NCBI GenBank assembly: GCA_035553255.1
Contig: DATNDJ010000032.1
Coordinates: forward strand, 1,353-65,352
Direction: 5' to 3'
Length of the DNA stretch: 64,000 nucleotides
Origin: Candidatus Acidiferrales bacterium
Lineage (GTDB): Bacteria; Acidobacteriota; Terriglobia; Acidiferrales; UBA7541
Shown one piece after another: positions 9,859-18,868 of this stretch (the first letter of the stretch is position 1; every line of letters begins with the position of its first letter). Below the pieces are notes generated by a model, which saw only the letters and a list, made by a program, of their open reading frames with translations, did no database searches and was not told the origin of the DNA. Made by a program: the position numbers and the translations under genes.

Positions 9859-11011
9859 CACGGCGAAAATGGCGGCACAGACCGCCGCTTTCGTGGCGCT
9901 GGCGCTGGCTCCGCAGTTTCTTTCCGCGTACAACCTCTCGCTTTTGGGGCGCTTCCTGGCGCTTTCCGTGCTGGCGCTTGGGTTGACGATCGTGTGGGGA
10001 TGGGGCGGGATCCTGAGCCTGGGGCAAGGGGTATTTTTCGGGCTCGGGGCGTATGCGCTTGCGATGTATTTGAAGCTTGCAGGGCTGGGAGCGGGCGAGC
10101 TGCCGGATTTTATGGAATGGTCCGGCACGGACCATCTGCCGTGGTGGTGGGGCATTTTCCATCACGCGTGGGTCGCGATTGCCGGCGTTGTGTTGGTGCC
10201 GATGGCATCGGCGGCGGCGCTGGCGTGGCTTGTGTTCCGGCGGCGCGTGGGCGGCGTGTACTTCGCGCTGATCACACAGGCGCTGGCGCTCGCTTTCGCC
10301 ACGCTGCTGGTGAGCGAGCAGGCGTTCACGGGCGGATTCAACGGGCTCACGGATTTTCATTCGGTTTTCGGCTATTCGCTGATGGACCCGGCATTTCAAC
10401 GCTCGCTTTACTGGATCACACTGGGATTCGTGGCGGCGGCATTTCTTGCGCTGCGCTGGCTGCTAGGAACACGATTCGGGAAAATCCTGCTGGCGATCCG
10501 CGACGGCGAGAATCGGATACGTTTTCTGGGCTATAACCCGGTGCCGTACAAGATTGTGGCGTTTGCGCTGGGCGGGGCGCTGGCAGGGATTTCGGGGGCG
10601 CTTTTCACGCTGCATGTTGGCGTGATTTCGCCGGCGATGGCGGGAGTTGTGCCCTCGATTGAAATGATCGTGTGGGTGGCGGTGGGCGGGAGGGAGAGCC
10701 TGGCGGGGGCGGTGGCGGGCACGCTGCTGGTGAACTTCGGAAAAGATTGGATCAGCAGCGCGATGCCGAATCTGTGGCTTTTCATGATGGGATTGCTATT
10801 TGTGCTCGTCGTGACGGTGCTGCCGAAGGGGCTTGCCGGGGCGCCGCAATCGCTAGGCCCGCAGCTTGCGGCGATCAGGCGGATGCGAGCGCGGATGCGC
10901 GAGCGCAAGGATTCGCGGAAAGCCGGCGCGCGGAAATCGTGCTTGGGCGATGCGGCTGCCGCCGCTTGCAGGGCGACTTCGACGGCGGAATGCGAGTCGC
11001 GCCATGAGTGA
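9848..11011 (+). CDS. urtC: Urea-type ABC transporter permease UrtC
   Basis: LivM-like permease (GILSLGQGVFFGLGAYALAMYL..., LAIRDGENRIRFLGYNP). ATG 9848 overlaps the urtB stop. The ORF-track start at 9824 is also possible. Confidence 0.8.
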   Translation: MNRSTAKMAAQTAAFVALALAPQFLSAYNLSLLGRFLALSVLALGLTIVWGWGGILSLGQGVFFGLGAYALAMYLKLAGLGAGELPDFMEWSGTDHLPWWWGIFHHAWVAIAGVVLVPMASAAALAWLVFRRRVGGVYFALITQALALAFATLLVSEQAFTGGFNGLTDFHSVFGYSLMDPAFQRSLYWITLGFVAAAFLALRWLLGTRFGKILLAIRDGENRIRFLGYNPVPYKIVAFALGGALAGISGALFTLHVGVISPAMAGVVPSIEMIVWVAVGGRESLAGAVAGTLLVNFGKDWISSAMPNLWLFMMGLLFVLVVTVLPKGLAGAPQSLGPQLAAIRRMRARMRERKDSRKAGARKSCLGDAAAAACRATSTAECESRHE

Positions 11012-11768
11012 ACCGCTGCTGCGCGTGGAAAATCTGGTAGTTTCGTTCGACGGCTTTCGCGCGGTGGACAGAATGAACCTGACGATTCAGCCGCGGGAGG
11101 TGCGCGTGCTGATCGGCCCGAACGGGGCAGGAAAATCCACGCTGCTCGACGCGATTATCGGGCACGTGCGGCCGGCGAGCGGACGGGTGCTCCTGAACGG
11201 GCAGGACGTGACGCGCTTGCCCGAATACAAAATCGTGCGCAAAGGCATCTGCCGGAAATTCCAAGCGCCGGGCGTGCTGGAAAATTTGACGGTGGCGGAA
11301 AACGTGGCGGTGGCGGCGCAGCGGCATCGCGGCTGGTGGCGTTCGCTCGGGCGGCGCGCGCCCGCCGCATTGGAACACGACGTGGAGGAAGTGCTCCATC
11401 TAATCGGGCTCGGCGAGAGGCGGCATTCGCTTGCCAAGGAACTGGCGCACGGGCAAAAGCAGTGGCTCGAAATCGGCATGGTGGTCGCGTCGAATGCGGA
11501 GCTGCTGCTGCTGGACGAGCCGGCCGCGGGAATGACGCACGGCGAAGCGACGCAAACCGCCGAGCTGATTCGGCGGCTTTCGCAATGGCACAGCTTTCTG
11601 GTGATTGACCACGATATGAGCTTCGTCGCGCAGCTGGAAGCGCCGGTGACCGTGCTGCATCAGGGGCGGCTGCTGAAGGAAGGAACGCTCGAGGAAGTGC
11701 GCAACGATCCGCAGGTGGCGGCGGTGTACCTGGGACGGGCGCGGGAGGAATCCGGTGCTGGCGCTTGA
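11004..11768 (+). CDS. urtD: Urea-type ABC transporter ATP-binding protein UrtD
   Basis: From ATG 11004: MSEPLLRVENLVVSFDGFRAV. Walker A GPNGAGKST, signature-like HGQKQWLEIG, Walker B LLLLDEPAAG. It overlaps the urtC stop. Confidence 0.85.
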   Translation: MSEPLLRVENLVVSFDGFRAVDRMNLTIQPREVRVLIGPNGAGKSTLLDAIIGHVRPASGRVLLNGQDVTRLPEYKIVRKGICRKFQAPGVLENLTVAENVAVAAQRHRGWWRSLGRRAPAALEHDVEEVLHLIGLGERRHSLAKELAHGQKQWLEIGMVVASNAELLLLDEPAAGMTHGEATQTAELIRRLSQWHSFLVIDHDMSFVAQLEAPVTVLHQGRLLKEGTLEEVRNDPQVAAVYLGRAREESGAGA

Positions 11769-12462
11769 GGCTGTGTCCGCGGCGTACGGCATGAGCCGCG
11801 TGCTCTACGACATTGATTTGACGATTGGGGCGGCGGAGACCGTGACGCTATTGGGCCGCAATGGCGTGGGGAAAACGACGCTGCTCCGCACGATTGCGGG
11901 CCTTCACCCCGCGTCCGAGGGCAAGATCCTTTTTGCCGGCGAGAATATCACGCGGCTTCCGGCGCATGAGCGCGCGCGGCGGGGCATCGGGTACGTGCCG
12001 CAGGGGCGCGGCATTTTTCCGCATCTGAGCGTGGAGGAAAATCTTCGGCTCGGGCTGGCCGCTCTCGCCGGGCGAAGCGAACGGAGAGACGCCGGGATTC
12101 CGGACTACGTCTACGAGCTCTTTCCCGTTCTTTCGCGCTTTCGCAGCCGCAAGGGAGGAGTGCTGAGCGGCGGGGAGCAGCAGCAGCTTGCGATCGGACG
12201 GGCGCTCGTCACGCGGCCGAAGCTGCTAATTCTGGACGAGCCGACGGAGGGAATTCAGCCGTCAATCGTGCAGCAGATTGACGAGGCCATTCAAACGATC
12301 GAGCGGGAGCTGAAAATTTCCATTCTGTTGGTGGAGCAATACCTGGAATTCGTGTGGTCCATTGCCGGGCGATTTTACGTGATGCGCAAGGGGCGCATCG
12401 CCGACGAAGGCTCGCCGCGCGACCGGGACCCGGGCTCCGTGATTCCGCTGCTCAGTATTTAA
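11755..12462 (+). CDS. urtE: Urea-type ABC transporter ATP-binding protein UrtE
   Basis: Walker A GRNGVGKTT, signature LSGGEQQQLAIGRAL, Walker B LLILDEPTEG. LivF-like and last in the urt cluster. Confidence 0.85.
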   Translation: MLALEAVSAAYGMSRVLYDIDLTIGAAETVTLLGRNGVGKTTLLRTIAGLHPASEGKILFAGENITRLPAHERARRGIGYVPQGRGIFPHLSVEENLRLGLAALAGRSERRDAGIPDYVYELFPVLSRFRSRKGGVLSGGEQQQLAIGRALVTRPKLLILDEPTEGIQPSIVQQIDEAIQTIERELKISILLVEQYLEFVWSIAGRFYVMRKGRIADEGSPRDRDPGSVIPLLSI

Positions 12463-14003
12463 TTCTGAAGCTGGCCCACCGCGGGTTCTCTCGCCGGGGC
12501 GCCGCGCCATTGATGGAAGGCTTCTTTCGTCAATTTGAAAATGGTTCGCCGATTTTCGGAGATTACCTTAAGCCACGCGAAGCGGCCCATCATGGGGAAA
12601 TAAATTCCCCTGAAGCATAGGCGCGCTATCAGGATATTTATGCGGTATCCCAGCGGCTTACGGTCGAGCGAGTCCACTGCGTGCGCTATTGCCTCCGCGC
12701 TGTAGGACCTCTCCCATCCATATTTCACCTCCGCATGGGCCTCGGGGATGGTCATCTTCAGGGGCGTGTGGGCCATCTCGAAAGGGATGAATTCTTCCCA
12801 GTGCTTCGGACGAGTGAGCCGCCCGGAAGACTCCAGCCTTTTATACAGCGGCGTGGAGGGGAGCGGGGTGAGCAGGCCGAAAATGGGGAGACCGGGCGGC
12901 CAGGTGCGCACTTCGCGCAGCGTCCGCTCCGCTACACCCGGAGTGTCGTTGTCCATGCCGAAAATGAACGAGGTGATGGCGTAGACATTGCGCTGGGCCA
13001 GGCGTTCGAGCACGGCGGCGTATTCGCCCGGCTTGTTGAACCCCTTGTTCACGTCCTTGAGATTCGCGGGATCAATGGACTCCATTCCGATGAAGATCCA
13101 TTTGCCCCCGGCAGCGGCGATCAAATCCACCAGCTCTTCGTCTCGCAATAGATTGGCGCTGATTTGCGCGACCCAATGGACCTGCGCGTTGGCGGCGATA
13201 ATGTCGCGAAGCAGGGATTTTGTGCGCTTCACGTTGATGGCAAAATTGTCGTCAATGAAAAATACGGCCATCTGGCCGCGTTCGCTTTTGGCGCGCTCCT
13301 TCAGCAAGAGCAGTTCGTTGACCACGCTTTCATTCGTGCGAAAGCGGATGGAATCACCGAAAAAGCCGGTGACGGTGCAGAACTCGCATCCATAGGGGCA
13401 TCCGCGCCCCGATTCCACCGGGATAATTCGGAATGTGCCCCAGCCCGCGCCAATCTTGGTGAGCAGAGGATGGGCGAACTTGGGAACGAGGTTGAATTGC
13501 GCCAGGTTGATCGAATCCCAGGGAATTCGCGGATAGGATTGCAACGATGGCTTGCGCTCCTGTCCGAAATCGTCCAGGGGCGCATAGATCTCCTTGAGAT
13601 TTCCGTTGGCGGCGTCCGCGACAATTTTGGGCCAGGATTCATCGGCTTCGCCAAGCGCTACGGCGTCGGCGTGGCGGCGTCCGCCATTTCGTCCGAGGGC
13701 TTCATCGGGCAGTTCCGTCACGTGAGGGCCGCCCATCACGACGGGCACACCCGCGCCGCGTACGGCGTCGGCCACGCGATAGGCTTTGGCGATCATGCGC
13801 GTCATCGCGCCAATGCCAACCAATCCGATATTTTCCTCGCGCACGAATCGGGCGATGGCGTGTTCGTCCATGGGCTGCGCATTGCCGTCGATCAGCAGCA
13901 CTTCATGTCCGGGCGGAGTCAGCGATTGCAGCAGAAACATCCAGAGGTGCGGCATAAAATTGCGGGTGACGCCGTTATCGGGGTTGTACAACAAGATCTT
14001 CAC
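12459..14003 (-). CDS. B12-binding-domain radical SAM protein (class B rSAM with DUF4070-like C-terminus)
   Basis: N-terminal cobalamin-binding-like domain (MKILLYNPD...VGIGAMT...VVMGGPHVT). Radical SAM cluster motif GRGCPYGCEFCTV. Long C-terminal extension. The substrate is unknown. Confidence 0.75.
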   Translation of the reverse strand: MKILLYNPDNGVTRNFMPHLWMFLLQSLTPPGHEVLLIDGNAQPMDEHAIARFVREENIGLVGIGAMTRMIAKAYRVADAVRGAGVPVVMGGPHVTELPDEALGRNGGRRHADAVALGEADESWPKIVADAANGNLKEIYAPLDDFGQERKPSLQSYPRIPWDSINLAQFNLVPKFAHPLLTKIGAGWGTFRIIPVESGRGCPYGCEFCTVTGFFGDSIRFRTNESVVNELLLLKERAKSERGQMAVFFIDDNFAINVKRTKSLLRDIIAANAQVHWVAQISANLLRDEELVDLIAAAGGKWIFIGMESIDPANLKDVNKGFNKPGEYAAVLERLAQRNVYAITSFIFGMDNDTPGVAERTLREVRTWPPGLPIFGLLTPLPSTPLYKRLESSGRLTRPKHWEEFIPFEMAHTPLKMTIPEAHAEVKYGWERSYSAEAIAHAVDSLDRKPLGYRINILIARLCFRGIYFPMMGRFAWLKVISENRRTIFKLTKEAFHQWRGAPAREPAVGQLQN

Positions 14004-14169
14004 TGGTTTTCGACATCCTTTCGTTGCTGCCGGGCCGCATCCGGACTTTCGTCCTTCATGAAGACGTGAATTTGTTGACTGGCGAAGGGCCGTGGCTGGG
14101 CGGCTGCGGGATACCCGCGGTTCTCAGCAAGGCGAATCATATCCCAAGAAAGCGGGGCCGCTATCAAAT

Positions 14170-15114
14170 TTAATGCGGACTATGCCCACCAGAGCGTTCG
14201 GCAAGTGTCACAAGTGCGAATAGGGCCTGATTGACCGGCGTGGGCACGCCAAGTTCGGCGCCGCTGCGCGAGATATACCCGTTGAGCGAGTCTATCTCGG
14301 TGCGCCGGCCGCGCTGCAAGTCCTGAGCGGTGGAGGAGCGCGCCTCCTTCATCTGCGTGGCAATTTTCATCGCGCCATCCATGGCCGCTTCCGGAGTTTC
14401 CACGCCGGGCAGGATTATGCCGGCCGCGCGCGCGACCGCGAATACCTCCTCGACAGCCGCACGCACCGTGCGGCGGGCCTCGGCGCTTTCCGCGACTTCG
14501 ACGTAACGTGCACGGCCCAGCGCGGAAATGGCGTTCAGGGCGCAATTCCAGATGAGCTTCTTCCACAGCTCGCCCTGGATATTTTCGGAGACGCGGCAGG
14601 GGATGCCGGCGCGCACGAAGATTTCGGCGAGGCTGGCAGTGCGTTCGCCGGGCGGCCCGATTACGAGATCGCCGCGCGCGACGTGCTTGATGTGGCCCGG
14701 CGCCGGCACCGAAGCGGCCACGTAAACGGCCGCGGCCAGCGCCTCGATATTCGCCGCAGCGCGAAGCTCCGCGGCATTCTCGACGCCGTTCTGGAGGCTC
14801 ACGACGGCCGCGCGATGGGAGAGAGCCGGCGCAAGCGCTTGCGCGGTCGCACGATTGTCCGTGGTCTTCACGCAGAAAAGGACCAGATCCGCGCCGCGGG
14901 CGGCAGCAATTTCGGTGGAGGCTTCGACGCGCACGCGCTCTCGAAAGTTTACAGCGTCCAAAAGCAGTCCTTCGTGCTGCACAGCTTCCACAAAGGCTTT
15001 GCGCCCGATTAGGATTACCGGCGCGCCGGCACGAGCAAACATCCCGCCAAAATAGCCGCCGACAGCGCCTGCACCAACGACGGCGACGCGCGGCCAGGTC
15101 TGCGCGGCCGTCAT
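14170..15114 (-). CDS. panE: 2-dehydropantoate 2-reductase (PanE/ApbA family)
   Basis: Rossmann motif VAVVGAGAVGGYFGGMFARAG and C-terminal SSTAQDLQRGRRTEIDSLNG, typical of ketopantoate reductases. Its ATG overlaps the hisA stop (ATGA at 15111-15114). Confidence 0.8.
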   Translation of the reverse strand: MTAAQTWPRVAVVGAGAVGGYFGGMFARAGAPVILIGRKAFVEAVQHEGLLLDAVNFRERVRVEASTEIAAARGADLVLFCVKTTDNRATAQALAPALSHRAAVVSLQNGVENAAELRAAANIEALAAAVYVAASVPAPGHIKHVARGDLVIGPPGERTASLAEIFVRAGIPCRVSENIQGELWKKLIWNCALNAISALGRARYVEVAESAEARRTVRAAVEEVFAVARAAGIILPGVETPEAAMDGAMKIATQMKEARSSTAQDLQRGRRTEIDSLNGYISRSGAELGVPTPVNQALFALVTLAERSGGHSPH

Positions 15115-15827
15115 TTTCCGGCTACCTTTCCGGCGATTTTCCCGGTTCGGGCCCCGATGCGCCCCGTGTACATGGCCATGCCGACAGCCGCATCCATGCC
15201 GAGCTTTTCGAGGGCGCGCACTTCGCGCATGCTGCGAATGCCGCCGGCCGCCGTGATCGGCAGGCGCGTGACGCGGCGCAGGAGGCGAAACGCATCGAGA
15301 TCGGTGCCCTTCATGGTTCCTTCATGGTCCACGAACGTGGAAAGAAATCCGGAGCAGAAGGGCTCGAGGGCGGGAATTACGTCTTTGGGACGCAGCGCCA
15401 GCCGCTCGCGCCAGCCGCGCACTACGATGCATCCTCGGTCGGTATCGAGGGCGATTATCACCCGGCGACGGCCGACGCGCTGCGCGAGGCGCGCCAAGAA
15501 GCCGCGTGCGATTGCGCCATCGTGAAACGCCGCGCTGCCAATGATGATCTTCTCCGCGCCCCAGGAAACGATACGCTCCGCGCGCGCGACGGTGCGAATT
15601 CCGCCGCCGACGCGCACCTTCATTTTCGCCGTTCTGCACAAACGCTGGATCCACCGGGCATTCGACCCGCGGCGCATTGCGGCGTCCAAATCAATCACGT
15701 GGAGCACGGGATAGCCGCGAAAGCGATCGAGCAGGCCGATCACATTCTCCACGGCAAGGGCACGGCGCCTGCCGCGCACCAGTTGCACGGCGCGGCCATC
15801 CTGCAGATCAATGCACGGGATAATCAT
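15111..15827 (-). CDS. hisA: ProFAR isomerase HisA
   Basis: MIIPCIDLQDGRAVQLVRG N-terminus and (beta/alpha)8 HisA/HisF-type repeats. Position in the his operon. Confidence 0.85.
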   Translation of the reverse strand: MIIPCIDLQDGRAVQLVRGRRRALAVENVIGLLDRFRGYPVLHVIDLDAAMRRGSNARWIQRLCRTAKMKVRVGGGIRTVARAERIVSWGAEKIIIGSAAFHDGAIARGFLARLAQRVGRRRVIIALDTDRGCIVVRGWRERLALRPKDVIPALEPFCSGFLSTFVDHEGTMKGTDLDAFRLLRRVTRLPITAAGGIRSMREVRALEKLGMDAAVGMAMYTGRIGARTGKIAGKVAGK

Positions 15828-16588
15828 GCGCTTAGCCGGACGGGGACGCCTTGGCCTGCAAGGAATTTTTTCAGCGCCAGGATGGATTCAATTTCCGCGT
15901 GGAAGATCGAGGCCGCGAGGGCCGCTTCCGCACGGCCGCGCTCGAACACGTCCAGAAAATCTCGCGGCGTGCGAGCGCCGCCAGAAGCAATTACGGGTAT
16001 CCGCACTGACTTTGCGATTGCCGCCGTCAGCTCGCAATCGAAGCCGCTGCATGTGCCATCGCGGTCAATAGAGGTGAGCAGAATTTCGCCGGCGCCGCGC
16101 TCGATGCCTTCGCGCGCCCAAGCCATCGCGTCCTTGCCCGTGGCCTGCGTGCCGCCACGCACGAAGACGGCCCAGGCGCCGCCTTCGCGCTTCACGTCCA
16201 TCGAAAGCACCACCGCCTGCGAACCGAATTGCCGCGCCAGCTCCGAAATCAGCTCCGGGCGCTCGACCGCCGCCGTATTCACGGTCACTTTATCCGCCCC
16301 CGCGCGCAGCACGGCTTGCCCTTGATCGAGCGAACGAATTCCGCCGCCCGCCGTCAGCGGAATGCGCAATTGTCGAGCGACGCGACGGATCGTATCGAGA
16401 AAGGTCGCGCGGCCTTCGCGCGAGGCGCTGATATCGAGAACTACCAGTTCGTCGGCGCCTTCGCGGTTGTAGCGCGCCGCCAGCGCCTCCGGATCGCCGA
16501 TATCGCGGAGGCCCTCGAATTCAACTCCCTTGACGACGCGACCGGCATCCACATCGAGACAAGGGATGATGCGGCGCGCGAGCGTCAT
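15824..16588 (-). CDS. hisF: Imidazole glycerol phosphate synthase cyclase subunit HisF
   Basis: From ATG 16588: MTLARRIIPCLDVDAGRVVKGVEFEGLRDIGDP...SGGA. This is the canonical HisF. The 82 codons upstream in the ORF-track call run through hisH in another frame. Confidence 0.9.
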   Translation of the reverse strand: MTLARRIIPCLDVDAGRVVKGVEFEGLRDIGDPEALAARYNREGADELVVLDISASREGRATFLDTIRRVARQLRIPLTAGGGIRSLDQGQAVLRAGADKVTVNTAAVERPELISELARQFGSQAVVLSMDVKREGGAWAVFVRGGTQATGKDAMAWAREGIERGAGEILLTSIDRDGTCSGFDCELTAAIAKSVRIPVIASGGARTPRDFLDVFERGRAEAALAASIFHAEIESILALKKFLAGQGVPVRLSA

Positions 16589-17190
16589 CGCGATACCCCC
16601 AGGAAATTTCGCAGCACCTGCGCGCCGGCTTCGCCCGATTTTTCCGGATGGAATTGCACGGCCAGCAGGTTTCCACGCTCGATTACGGCGGCGAATTCCG
16701 CGCCATGGTCGCAGACGGCCGCTCTCGCTTCGCAGTCTCCCGGCGCGGCATAGGAGTGCGCAAAATAGAAATATGCGTCCTCCGGAACGCCGCACAACAG
16801 CACACTTTCGCGCAGGCGCCGCACCTGATTCCATCCGATGTGCGGCGATTTCACGTGGGGCGGCAGCGCTCGCACCGCGCCGGGCAGAAATCCGAGGCCG
16901 CGCGCTTGCGGCGATTCGTCGCTTATGGAAAACATGACCTGCAATCCGAGGCAGATTCCGAGGATCGGAACGCCCGATTGATGCGCCGATTCCAGCGCCG
17001 CGCCGAGAGAGTCCTTTTGGAGCCCCGCCACAATTGCGTCGAAATGGCCGACGCCGGGAAGCACGATCGAGTCCGCATCGGCAAGCTCGGCGCCGCGCGC
17101 GGCAAGATTGGTTTCCGCGCCCGCCGCCCGCAGCGCGCGTTCTACGGAGGGCAGATTCCCCGCGCCGTAATCAACGATCGCGACCTTCAC
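16585..17190 (-). CDS. hisH: Imidazole glycerol phosphate synthase glutaminase subunit HisH
   Basis: GTG 17190 gives VKVAIVDYGAGNLPSVERAL...LPGVGHF...GICLGLQ...AVQFHPEKS (class I amidotransferase Cys/His). The GTG overlaps the hisB stop (GTGA). The 432-aa ORF-track call is an artefactual upstream extension. Confidence 0.85.
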   Translation of the reverse strand: MKVAIVDYGAGNLPSVERALRAAGAETNLAARGAELADADSIVLPGVGHFDAIVAGLQKDSLGAALESAHQSGVPILGICLGLQVMFSISDESPQARGLGFLPGAVRALPPHVKSPHIGWNQVRRLRESVLLCGVPEDAYFYFAHSYAAPGDCEARAAVCDHGAEFAAVIERGNLLAVQFHPEKSGEAGAQVLRNFLGVSR

Positions 17191-17786
17191 AATAGCCCCT
17201 TCGTGGAAGGCAGCACGCGGCGCAACTGGCGATCGCGGGTGACGGCGAAACGCAGCGCCTTCGCAAACGCCTTGAAGATGGCCTCGACCTGATGGTGCGA
17301 GGATCGCCCGTACAAAAATCGCAGATGCACGTTGGCGCCGGCCGCTTGCGCGAACGCCTGGAAAAAATCCTCGAGCAATTCGGTGTGGAAATCGCCGACG
17401 CGCTGCGCAAGCGGTTTCCATTTGCACACGCAATGTGCCCTGCCGGAAAAATCGAGCGCCGCCGCCGCGAGCGACTCGTCCATGGGCATCAGGAAGTATC
17501 CGGCGCGGAGGATGCCGCGCTTGGCGCCGAGCGCCTGCTTCACGGCTTCGCCGAGCGCGATGCCCGCGTCTTCGACGGTGTGATGCTGGTCCACGTCGAG
17601 ATCGCCGCGCGCGGTGAGATCCAGATCGAGGGCGCCGTGCCGCGCGACCTGCTCGAGCATGTGATCGAAAAAACGAATGCCGGTCCGGACGCGCGCGCGG
17701 CCCTGCCCATCCAAATTTACGCGCACGCGAATCTCGGTTTCGCTGGTCACGCGGTGCACGGTTGCCTTTCGCATTGGCGCCCTCAT
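17187..17786 (-). CDS. hisB: Imidazoleglycerol-phosphate dehydratase HisB
   Basis: RVTSETEIRVRVNLDG...FFDHMLEQVARHG...DQHHTVEDAGIALG motifs. The start is ATG 17786 (overlaps the hisC stop) or ATG 17774 (MRKATVHR...). Confidence 0.9.
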   Translation of the reverse strand: MRAPMRKATVHRVTSETEIRVRVNLDGQGRARVRTGIRFFDHMLEQVARHGALDLDLTARGDLDVDQHHTVEDAGIALGEAVKQALGAKRGILRAGYFLMPMDESLAAAALDFSGRAHCVCKWKPLAQRVGDFHTELLEDFFQAFAQAAGANVHLRFLYGRSSHHQVEAIFKAFAKALRFAVTRDRQLRRVLPSTKGLL

Positions 17787-18868
17787 CTGAACGTCCTCGG
17801 TATGGGCTTCCTCGGAAGGATTCGCTCGAGCTCGCGCAGGAATCGCCGCGCTTGCCGGGTGGTACCCAGCGTGATGCGCACATATCCCTCGCCGCCGAAA
17901 TCGCTCGAGCGATCGCGCACGAGCACCCGTTGTTTCGCGAGAGCAGTCACTATTTCGCCCGCCCGCTCACCGAATTGCGCGAGTACGAAATTCCCGGCGC
18001 TCGGGAAGTAACGGATGCCGAGCCTGGCAAGGCCGCGTTCGAGGTGCGCTCGTCCGCGCCGCGTCTCGCGGATGGTTCGCGCGATAAACGCGCGGTCCCC
18101 CAGCGCCGCCTCCGCTGCCGCGAGCGCCGCAACGTTCACCGGATAAGGCGACTGCGCCTTGCGCATCTGCGCCGCCAACCCCTCTTGCGCGAAGATGCAC
18201 CCCAGCCGCAAGCCCGCCATGCCGGCCGCCTTCGAGAAAGTGCGCGTCACCACGAGATTTCCATATCGCCGGAGCCACGGCAGCACCGTCATGTCCGAAA
18301 ACTCGTGGTAGGCCTCGTCCACAACGATGATGGTGCGCGGCGCCGCCTTCAGGATTCGCCGCAGTTGCGCGTAACTCGCCAGATGCCCGGTGGGGCTATT
18401 CGGATTCGCCAGAAAGAAAAGTCTCGGTCTGCGACGCAACGCGGCCAGTATCGCTGGCATTGGAATTTCGGATGCGGCGCCGTAACGCAAGGTTTCGATG
18501 CGCGCGCCCGCAAGCTCGGCGTAGAAGCGGTACATCGCGTAGGTCGGCTCGGCGAGCAGTACGCGCTCGCCGGCGTCCACGAACGTCTGCACGAGCAGAT
18601 GCAGCGCCTCGTCGGTTCCGTTGGTCAACAGCAACTCGCCCGTGCGCACGCCGAGCGCCTTCGCCATTTTCGCGCGGACGCTTCCCTGCTCCGGATACAT
18701 CGAGATCGCGTCCGCACCCAATTTTGCGAGGGCGCGGCGCACGGCCGGCGAACATCCGAGCGGATTTTCGTTGAAATCCAGCCGCACCTTGCCGAAGCGG
18801 CCTTCGAGCGGCGGATAGTACGGCCGCATTCGCTCGACAGCCTTACGCGCGCGAATCGTGCGCTTCAT
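17783..18868 (-). CDS. hisC: Histidinol-phosphate aminotransferase HisC
   Basis: From ATG 18868: MKRTIRARKAVERMRPYYPP...VRLDFNENPLG...TRTFSKAAGMAGLRLG (PLP-Lys motif). It overlaps the hisD stop (ATGA). Confidence 0.9.
   Translation of the reverse strand: MKRTIRARKAVERMRPYYPPLEGRFGKVRLDFNENPLGCSPAVRRALAKLGADAISMYPEQGSVRAKMAKALGVRTGELLLTNGTDEALHLLVQTFVDAGERVLLAEPTYAMYRFYAELAGARIETLRYGAASEIPMPAILAALRRRPRLFFLANPNSPTGHLASYAQLRRILKAAPRTIIVVDEAYHEFSDMTVLPWLRRYGNLVVTRTFSKAAGMAGLRLGCIFAQEGLAAQMRKAQSPYPVNVAALAAAEAALGDRAFIARTIRETRRGRAHLERGLARLGIRYFPSAGNFVLAQFGERAGEIVTALAKQRVLVRDRSSDFGGEGYVRITLGTTRQARRFLRELERILPRKPIPRTFR

Noticed and set aside
16585-17883. 432-aa ORF-track call suggesting a large fusion protein upstream of hisH. 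Similar N-terminal extensions appear for hisF, hisG, hisD, hisC, recQ, metH, rnr, urtD, the MerR gene, the AKR at 57827 and the nuclease at 47700.
   Set aside because: The extensions are Arg-rich, overlap the preceding gene in another frame, and precede an internal start that aligns with the canonical N-terminus of the family.
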